Below are positions 57,332 through 64,000 of a DNA stretch of 64,000 bases, in pieces. Made by a program: the position numbers and the translations under genes. The notes beneath the pieces are model-generated. The model was given only the letters and a program-made list of their open reading frames with translations. It was not told the origin of the DNA and made no database searches. Where the stretch lies: the NCBI GenBank assembly GCA_021836035.1, contig JAKBJL010000004.1, positions 67,841 to 131,840 of the forward strand, in the 5' to 3' direction. The stretch's first letter is position 1, and each line of letters begins with the position of its first letter. Source of the DNA: a bacterium (lineage in GTDB: Bacteria; Patescibacteriota; Microgenomatia; JAMCZE01).

Positions 57332-59167
57332 TCAAGGGGTTTTATTCGGAATCGCTTCCTGAAGATAAAATATCCTAAGTATGTTTAAGAGAACAAGGGC
57401 GGAAGAAATTTCGTGAATAATTGTTGTCTGCACTAAAGATACAGCACCGACCAAAACAAATGATGCCGTAATCACGTGGATAACAGTAGCCAACAATACA
57501 TCTTGTTTTATGATTTGAAATATTTTCTTTGATAGCCCGATTATTGACGAGATCGAGGCAATATTATTATTGAGTAATACAATATCAGCAGCATTAATCG
57601 CTAAATCTACTCCCCTACCTCCCATGGCTATACCCACATCCGCTTTGGCTAACACCGGCGCATCGTTTATGCCGTCACCAACCATAACAGTTGTTTTGCC
57701 CGCCTTGATCTTTTTCTCCATCTCTTCGAGCTTTCCCGTCGGAAGTAAATTCGCAATTACCTGGGTGTAAGGCAAGCCCTTGACAATCGATTCCGCTACT
57801 TCTTGCTTGTCTCCAGTTAAAACAATCGTTTTATAGCCGGAATCGTTTAGATCTACAAAAAGTTTACGAGTTTCTACTCTTAAACTATCAACCAAGATTA
57901 TGACGGCAATAGCCTTGTTGTTTTGACCGACGAAAACCGGTGTAGCTCCCTTTTCCTCCCAATTGGCTACCAACTTTTCGGTGTCCTGATCCAAGCTAAT
58001 CTTTTCCGCCCGTAGTAATTCCAAGTTACCCAAACACACTTTGGTCGTATCTTTGAAGGCTGTTATCCCTTGCCCCACGTGTGTTTCCACATCTTTTAAA
58101 GGTATAATTTCAACGTTCTGCTTTTTTGCTTCCTCCAAAATCGGAATCGCGAGAGGATGATTTGAATAGCTCTCAAGGCTGGCGGCTAACTGCAGGATTT
58201 CTTTTCTTGATCCGTTAAGCTCAATAATTTCCCCAATCCGTGGTTCGCCATATGTGATGGTACCGGTCTTATCAAAAAAGAATATGGGCGCTTTTGTTAG
58301 GTGTTCGAGCGAAGTGCTATTTTTTACTAAAATTCCCTGTTTTGCTAATAAGGCAATTCCGATTGTCGTAGCGACCGGAACGATAATTGCAAAAATGACC
58401 GGGACTACAGCAATCCAAAACGAAAGTGCCTGTAGTATATTTTGGGTCAAGAGATAAATGATGATGACCCCCAACAAAGCAGCCATGGTTGTTATCCATG
58501 CGTACCGACTTACCGCATACGCTAGGGGGGGTTTGTCGTTCTGAGCCTCCGTCACTAGTTTCTGTATTTGAAAGAGAGTCGAACTTTCTGAATCTGATAT
58601 CGCCTTTGCTTCAAAATAATCTCCAACATTAACTGAACCGGCATACAAATTGTCTCCATGCACCTTGGATATTGGTCTTGATTCCCCGGTTACTACAGAC
58701 TCATCTAGGGTTGCCCTGTCTGTCATTAAACACGCGTCGGTTGCTACCCGATCGCCGCTTTTAACAAGCAAAAGATCGTCTATTTTTATATCAGAAATAA
58801 GAATTTCCCTGTCCTCAGAACCCCTTTTTATGTGGGCTGTTTTAGGTAACTTTTTAGAAATTGAGGTAATAGACGATTTAATTCTCTCAAGAATGACACT
58901 CTTAAAAAGATTCCCCAAAAGAATAATTAAAATATAGATTATTGCAATATTTGCTTTCCCTAAGAAAAGCAGCAGATAGATTGTGGCGACTGATGGAAGA
59001 GATAGATCGATTTGTTTTTTCCGTAACCCTTGCCAAATCGAGATATAATAAGGAAATAAAGATAATAATAATCCAACACTAGCAATGGCAGATAAATGGG
59101 GAAACAGAATGTAAATTCCGAAACATACCAATACGATAATAAGAGAAAATAAAGAAGACCTCACCAT
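57332..59167 (-). CDS. P-type ATPase with P1B-like topology. It lacks an N-terminal HMA domain and a canonical CPC motif.
   Basis: DKTGTIT phosphorylation site, TGD, GDGINDAP, and the actuator GDRVATDACL...DESVVTGES. Confidence 0.8.
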   Translation of the reverse strand: MVRSSLFSLIIVLVCFGIYILFPHLSAIASVGLLLSLFPYYISIWQGLRKKQIDLSLPSVATIYLLLFLGKANIAIIYILIILLGNLFKSVILERIKSSITSISKKLPKTAHIKRGSEDREILISDIKIDDLLLVKSGDRVATDACLMTDRATLDESVVTGESRPISKVHGDNLYAGSVNVGDYFEAKAISDSESSTLFQIQKLVTEAQNDKPPLAYAVSRYAWITTMAALLGVIIIYLLTQNILQALSFWIAVVPVIFAIIVPVATTIGIALLAKQGILVKNSTSLEHLTKAPIFFFDKTGTITYGEPRIGEIIELNGSRKEILQLAASLESYSNHPLAIPILEEAKKQNVEIIPLKDVETHVGQGITAFKDTTKVCLGNLELLRAEKISLDQDTEKLVANWEEKGATPVFVGQNNKAIAVIILVDSLRVETRKLFVDLNDSGYKTIVLTGDKQEVAESIVKGLPYTQVIANLLPTGKLEEMEKKIKAGKTTVMVGDGINDAPVLAKADVGIAMGGRGVDLAINAADIVLLNNNIASISSIIGLSKKIFQIIKQDVLLATVIHVITASFVLVGAVSLVQTTIIHEISSALVLLNILRIFYLQEAIPNKTP

Positions 59168-59264
59168 ATACTAAAAGAAAAAGTTAAAGCAAAACGACAT
59201 TTTCAACCAAACAATCCGCCCACCCGTAAGTAGGCGGTGGATTGTTTATCTGTCTTCAATCTCT

Positions 59265-59996
59265 TTATTTTGCAAACAACTTAAACAACCATCCCAACAA
59301 ACTGCCAGACCGTTGTTCAAGATTAATTCTATCGGTGAGTGCAGTGTTTTGTTCGGTTAATGCCTGGATCGTCTCCCGTACTCGGGTGATGTCACCCTGA
59401 TTGGTTAGTTGATTCTGTAAGCGGGCGAGTTGTTGAATACGCAGTTGATTTTGCTCCATTTGTTTCTGCATATTCTTTAACGCTTGAAAATCAGGACCGA
59501 TGATAGACTTAAGTAATCCATCCCGGCTATCAACTTTTTCCAGTTCAACTTGGATTTCTTGTTGGGCAGTTTTTTGTTGTTGAGCAATTTGTCTTACCTG
59601 CTCACCTATCCCATCCGGCTCAGTTTTAGTCGATAACAACTCTTCAACCTCAGAGGCTACATTACTCATGTGTTCTAGTGCTGTCTCGCTGCGGGGCGAG
59701 TTATCCTTTGGCGTATCCTGACCTTGAACTTGCTGATCCTCTCCCTGAGCCTCCTGTTCCTGGGTGTTTGTCTGTATCTCCGAATTTTCACCCTCATTTT
59801 GTGTTTTAACCCGATTTTGATTCTGAATCGTGTTGCCGGTAGGAGATGGGGATATCTGTAATTGCTGTTGCGTTTGAGCTGTTGTTTCCTGTTGGGAACC
59901 CATAGCTTGCGTTACTGCACCATTAGTAGAAGTAAAGACGAGCATAACTATTAATAACAGGGCACAAACTGATATGCTTGATATTATTTTTTTCAT
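59265..59996 (-). CDS. Secreted Gln/Glu-rich coiled-coil protein, with the start taken at MKKIISS.
   Basis: Signal peptide followed by a Q/E-rich low-complexity region and a C-terminal coiled coil. Confidence 0.45.
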   Translation of the reverse strand: MKKIISSISVCALLLIVMLVFTSTNGAVTQAMGSQQETTAQTQQQLQISPSPTGNTIQNQNRVKTQNEGENSEIQTNTQEQEAQGEDQQVQGQDTPKDNSPRSETALEHMSNVASEVEELLSTKTEPDGIGEQVRQIAQQQKTAQQEIQVELEKVDSRDGLLKSIIGPDFQALKNMQKQMEQNQLRIQQLARLQNQLTNQGDITRVRETIQALTEQNTALTDRINLEQRSGSLLGWLFKLFAK

Positions 59997-60128
59997 ATTT
60001 GTATCACCTCCTTTTACGTTAGTGCTACTTAAGTAGTTTAAGTATAGCAAAAATCACCGGCCTTGTTGATAATATCTACCTTGTCCCCAACCTCTAACTT
60101 GTCTCGCATTTCCGTTGGAAAGTTGGGC

Positions 60129-60371
60129 TTATCCTTCAAGCTGTAGACAAAGCCGTATCGTCGGATCCTGACGATAGCTAATATCATTTAGGCCAAGCTG
60201 GTCAATCACATAAGCAACGAGGGTGGTAGAAATAGTAAATTTAAGGATAATCAGCCAATATTTATTCTTGCAATAAAAGTCATATTTTCGAAGCATCCCT
60301 ATTCCATGCACAGTAATAACAAAATCAAAAACTTGTATCCACAACGGGAAACTGATTAATGGTTGTTCCAA
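60129..60371 (-). CDS. Small hypothetical membrane protein.
   Basis: 80 aa with two hydrophobic helices. Confidence 0.25.
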   Translation of the reverse strand: MEQPLISFPLWIQVFDFVITVHGIGMLRKYDFYCKNKYWLIILKFTISTTLVAYVIDQLGLNDISYRQDPTIRLCLQLEG

Positions 60372-60662
60372 CCCTCATTGTCCCACCGCTCCGTGTCTGC
60401 GGAGCAAAAAAGGTGTTAAGTTAGTTGAGAAAATCGCTCCAATGCTGAAACTCACCAACCCTGCGATAGTAAGAAGCGAATTTAGGACAAAGTACCATCT
60501 TGCCAACATGAAAATCTCGTTGGACTTCACTTTTGCCATGATGGCCCGTTCCAAGCCCCGCGAGACGGGCTATCAAGCCTCCAAGATCTGCTTCCCTGAT
60601 TTTGTGAGATGGGGACAATATAGGTCTAAAGTTGGGTGGGAGTTGGATTAAAATATCTGATG

Positions 60663-60962
60663 TTAGAGACAAATGTTTTGAATACAAACAGGTAGATCGC
60701 CATCTAAATACCACTTTCCACGAAACTCAACTAGCTTAATGGTTTGGCCGGAAGACAGTTGGCACAAACCGTATGTGTCTGTTTTCTTAAGTAGATTTTT
60801 ACAATCTCGAAAAGCATAATAATTCTCAAATGTGCTATGCGCTTTCCGAAGCATAATGGTTTGGCTTATTGCCAAATAAACAACACCTACAACAAAAATG
60901 GTTACCGCAAAAAATATAAGGTGTTTACTTTTCATAACTTTATGCTTTTCTGCTTGGTTCAA
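60663..60962 (-). CDS. Small membrane-anchored hypothetical protein.
   Basis: N-terminal TM helix IFFAVTIFVVGVVYLAI. Confidence 0.3.
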   Translation of the reverse strand: MNQAEKHKVMKSKHLIFFAVTIFVVGVVYLAISQTIMLRKAHSTFENYYAFRDCKNLLKKTDTYGLCQLSSGQTIKLVEFRGKWYLDGDLPVCIQNICL

Positions 60963-61159
60963 AAGAATTCGGACAGGGATTAATCATTGCCAGTGATAAA
61001 TTATGTTTTTAGTCGCAGCCAATTACAGCGGTATTTTTTAATCATGTCGTGATAGATTTTATCACAGTCTGGCAGTTTGTGGATTCGTGGTAAAAATGCT
61101 ATAATTTTATGAATTTAGAACGACATAACAGTCTAAATAATAAACTTATTTAAGATAAT

Positions 61160-61996
61160 ATGGCTCGGCTGCGCAGTCCAGAATCTTTTGATGATGAAGT
61201 TCTCACCCGGTTTCCTGAACTGGCTAGGGCCAGAATGCTTTTTGTTGATCTTTTTCAAGATAGAACACCTCTGGTAAATCTTGGTTATTCACCTCGACAA
61301 ATTGAATGGGTAGTTCCCACCCTGAAGTTGATCGAAGGCCCTGGTGAAATAGATACACATCTAAAATTACCCTCCCTTCATTTCTACAGAAATAATGAAG
61401 ATCCCGATTGCGAGAACATGGAAATTTATATGTTGGATAATGGCGGAGGGTATTCAATGAGTGGAGTTCATGATAAGACCATGAGCCGAAGAGAAGTTGA
61501 AAGCGGCAACGATCTTTTATACAGATTTCTTTTTAGCAAAAATCCGGTGCAAATGTATGAGATCTATGGGGGACAAGTGGCAGAGGTAGCTATGTTTAAA
61601 CCCGAAGTGGATACGAACAATTTAAATTATCTGATAGGGGTAGCATTAGCACTAATGTATTACGCTAAACCGGTATTTAAAGACAATGCGTTAGCCAGAT
61701 TGGGTAAAAGAATGAATATAGTGGGTACGTTCTCGGCAACCTGGGTAGATGAGAGAAAAAATGAGTTTGTCATTAAAACAGACATACCTCAAGAACAGTC
61801 TAAACCTGAATATTTTTACTGGAAAAGGTTAAAGTCGTTAATAAACCGAGATGAAGAATTCACACCCTTCGGATCAAAACCCAGTGTTTCTCACCAACAG
61901 GTTGACCGCCTTCTAGCAGCGAAAAAATACAGGATTTTAGAAGGACACCTAGCCCAAGCCGAAAATCGTATCTCTATCGAAGAATACAGAAAATAA
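61160..61996 (+). CDS. Hypothetical protein.
   Basis: 278-aa ORF with no recognised motif. Confidence 0.45.
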   Translation: MARLRSPESFDDEVLTRFPELARARMLFVDLFQDRTPLVNLGYSPRQIEWVVPTLKLIEGPGEIDTHLKLPSLHFYRNNEDPDCENMEIYMLDNGGGYSMSGVHDKTMSRREVESGNDLLYRFLFSKNPVQMYEIYGGQVAEVAMFKPEVDTNNLNYLIGVALALMYYAKPVFKDNALARLGKRMNIVGTFSATWVDERKNEFVIKTDIPQEQSKPEYFYWKRLKSLINRDEEFTPFGSKPSVSHQQVDRLLAAKKYRILEGHLAQAENRISIEEYRK

Positions 61997-62067
61997 TCTT
62001 AAATATCAGCATAAAGCTGAAGGTAATTGACAGATTTCTGGTAAACTAATTTTGGATATTTAACAAT

Positions 62068-63351
62068 TTGAGGCTACTCAGTGGTTCTGAAATCATCAAC
62101 CAGCGCCTGCTTTTAGTGCCCGAGACGGCACAGGATAATCAGAAGAAAGACCCTAAAAAGATCGACTACCAACCTTTCCTAACCAAAAATGAAGTAAAGC
62201 TGAAAAAAATCGGTATTTACGAAATGCTGACTCAATGGGGCTCTGGAGACCTTGCAAAGGCGTTGGATAAAAGAACATACCATCATCATTTTGTAAGCAC
62301 ATTACGGCTAAATGAAGACTTTCAAAAGATTAAGATGTCCAGAATGATGCTCAACCCTCTAACCTCTAATCAGTTGAGTGAATATGGCAAGAAAAGAATG
62401 GCAGAAATTGGCGAAGAATCGTATACGAAATGGAGGCAAGAACTTGTCGACAAACAGCAAGAAATTATCAGCGAAATAGAACAAAACATTGAACAGATTT
62501 CAGAAAAACTTATCAACCATTTCAAAGTTCCAGCAACACCAATACAATCTGCACCAATTGTGAATAAGTACATGGAGTTTTTAGCCTCAATGGATATTCA
62601 TAACGAAGCCAGTATAAGCAAGATTCCTGCTGACTTGAAACCTTTGATTGATGGTTTTCTTGGAATTGCTGCACAGGAAATTGGAGGCACTCTTCATCTC
62701 CCATATTCAGTTTATCTGGTTGGAAGTTGTGCACGAGGAGAGTTTGTCCCTGGTTGTTCTGACATAAACCTTTATTTCATTATTGATGCTGATACAAACA
62801 CAAACCTCTCAAAGAGTAATCCTCTCCTAAATCTTGTCTTTTTATCAAAGAGGCAATTTCTGTCAGATACACACAAAAAAGATCGTTTTATTTGTTGGTC
62901 TGATGGCGTTCTCCTACATGGCGAAGGTTACAAAATGGATAAAAAAGACTTTCCCAAGCCTGGATCATTACTTTGTTTGCTTCTTAACAGAGGATTCGTT
63001 GAATTACTGGAAGAAATACGAGCCGAAGTCGCTGCCCTGAAAAATCCAGATAAAGATACTTTAAGACAATACAGTATAAAGATGGTAAAGACCATGCTGG
63101 ATTTTGATTTTGGAGTTGCAATGTCTAATAAGCCCTTTTACACAGCCAGCAGAAAAGGGAAAATCGCTTATACAAAAGAATCCTGGCCAAACGAACGCAG
63201 AACAAATACTTTTGAACAGATTTACTACAAGGGAATTGTTCGACAAGAGGATTTTCCGATGGTTATTGATACCTTCCTCGAAAATGCCAAGAAGAACTAT
63301 CAGAAATTACTTACCGTTGAGGCGGAAATTATCAAAGATTCAGACAAGTAG
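62068..63351 (+). CDS. Nucleotidyltransferase (Pol-beta superfamily) domain protein.
   Basis: VYLVGSCARGEFVPGCSDINLYFIID matches the minimal nucleotidyltransferase motif G[SG]x9-13DxD. Confidence 0.5.
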   Translation: MRLLSGSEIINQRLLLVPETAQDNQKKDPKKIDYQPFLTKNEVKLKKIGIYEMLTQWGSGDLAKALDKRTYHHHFVSTLRLNEDFQKIKMSRMMLNPLTSNQLSEYGKKRMAEIGEESYTKWRQELVDKQQEIISEIEQNIEQISEKLINHFKVPATPIQSAPIVNKYMEFLASMDIHNEASISKIPADLKPLIDGFLGIAAQEIGGTLHLPYSVYLVGSCARGEFVPGCSDINLYFIIDADTNTNLSKSNPLLNLVFLSKRQFLSDTHKKDRFICWSDGVLLHGEGYKMDKKDFPKPGSLLCLLLNRGFVELLEEIRAEVAALKNPDKDTLRQYSIKMVKTMLDFDFGVAMSNKPFYTASRKGKIAYTKESWPNERRTNTFEQIYYKGIVRQEDFPMVIDTFLENAKKNYQKLLTVEAEIIKDSDK

Positions 63352-63353
63352 AC

Positions 63354-63869
63354 TTACTTTTGAACTCTGTAATGTAGTTCAACAATCCCATCGTTTATTT
63401 TTTCAGCCTCGATAAGTTCAAGTGACAATTCAAAGTCAGTGGGGCTAAATACTGGAATACCCTCTCCTAAAATTGAGGGGTTAACGTCTAGGATAACTTC
63501 ATCAATCAAACCTTTTTCTGCAAACGCACTATTTACGGTTGAACCGCCTGTAATTATTGCTTCTTTGAAACCATCAACTTCGAGCATTTTTAATGCATCT
63601 TCTGGAGAGTTGGCCAACACAAAGCCCTCTTTCAGGTCAAGATTTGATTGAGAAATAATTACTTTTTTTACTCCTTCTAGATCTTTGAGATAATCTCCTT
63701 CCCATTTAATAACTGCTTCATACGTCTTTCTTCCCCACATAAAACATCCAACTCTCTTTGCCAATTTAACAAATTGTAACCAGTTGGTGTGTGAGAGAAA
63801 ATCTTCGCTTCCTGTTGTTGAGGCAATAATGCCATTGGCTGAAACCGCCATTGTTAATATTACTTTCAT
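63354..63869 (-). CDS. RibD C-terminal / DHFR-like reductase domain protein.
   Basis: MKVILTMAVSANGII...MWGRKTYEA...ITGGSTVNSAF...IDEVILDVNPSILGEGIPVF. Confidence 0.65.
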   Translation of the reverse strand: MKVILTMAVSANGIIASTTGSEDFLSHTNWLQFVKLAKRVGCFMWGRKTYEAVIKWEGDYLKDLEGVKKVIISQSNLDLKEGFVLANSPEDALKMLEVDGFKEAIITGGSTVNSAFAEKGLIDEVILDVNPSILGEGIPVFSPTDFELSLELIEAEKINDGIVELHYRVQK

Positions 63870-64000
63870 ACTAAAATCCTTCTTTTAATAAAATCTATAA
63901 TCATTTCCACTAATTCTTTCTCTTTACCAGCAAAAACGTGATTTGTACCGTTAATTATGTTTGCTTCTGCAAGTTCATTTTCTGATATTAACAATTCCAC
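63863..64000 (-). CDS. Partial CDS (C-terminal end only). Its stop overlaps the start of the downstream gene.
   Basis: The minus-strand frame gives ...NGTNHVFAGKEKELVEMIIDFIKRRILV-stop, sharing a GTATGA overlap. Confidence 0.25.

Noticed and set aside
1-64000. CRISPR arrays and rRNA genes.
   Set aside because: I saw no short regularly spaced direct repeats and no rRNA-like conserved blocks. The only tandem repetition is the protein-coding 62-aa repeat array at 47.2-51.7 kb, which is diverged at the DNA level.

Overview
This 64-kb window is a low-GC bacterial segment with compact, CPR/Patescibacteria-like gene organisation; the lineage assignment is an inference. It holds a conserved housekeeping core and a tRNA-rich accessory patchwork. 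Core genes (1-20,400): holA (partial), typA, rplS, and a lexA-dnaE operon divergent from a uvrB-uvrA-(transglutaminase-like)-uvrC cluster, followed by secG. Twelve tRNA genes are identifiable by cloverleaf inspection: Glu, Lys, Gly-GCC, Leu-TAA, Pro, Arg, Gly-TCC, Val, Leu-GAG, Leu-CAG and Gln. The accessory part has six notable items. (1) Two surface-protein genes are bracketed by a ~127-bp direct repeat. (2) An AT-rich islet next to tRNA-Gly(TCC) carries tRNA-3'-end-like repeats. (3) A polysaccharide deacetylase (in-frame TAA) and an EVE-domain/PD-(D/E)xK nuclease (in-frame TAG) are each interrupted by a stop codon. (4) A ~6-kb integrated element between tRNA-Leu(GAG) and tRNA-Leu(CAG) encodes a terS-like gene and two decayed large serine recombinase paralogs. 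(5) An IS remnant is present. (6) The standout locus (47.2-55.9 kb) has three full-length tandem paralogs plus a collapsed fourth copy. Their products are built from a ~62-aa 'GYWT...YPGG...LK..LGL' repeat (5, 9, 6 and 1 units). They are co-oriented with a 1273-aa fusion of a degenerate SNF2-family ATPase and a class-I SAM methyltransferase, followed by a small unknown protein. This is a candidate uncharacterised system. A metal/redox cluster (ArsR, DUF302-glutaredoxin, DUF2892, P1B-like P-type ATPase) and several hypothetical genes close the window. No CRISPR array and no rRNA were seen.
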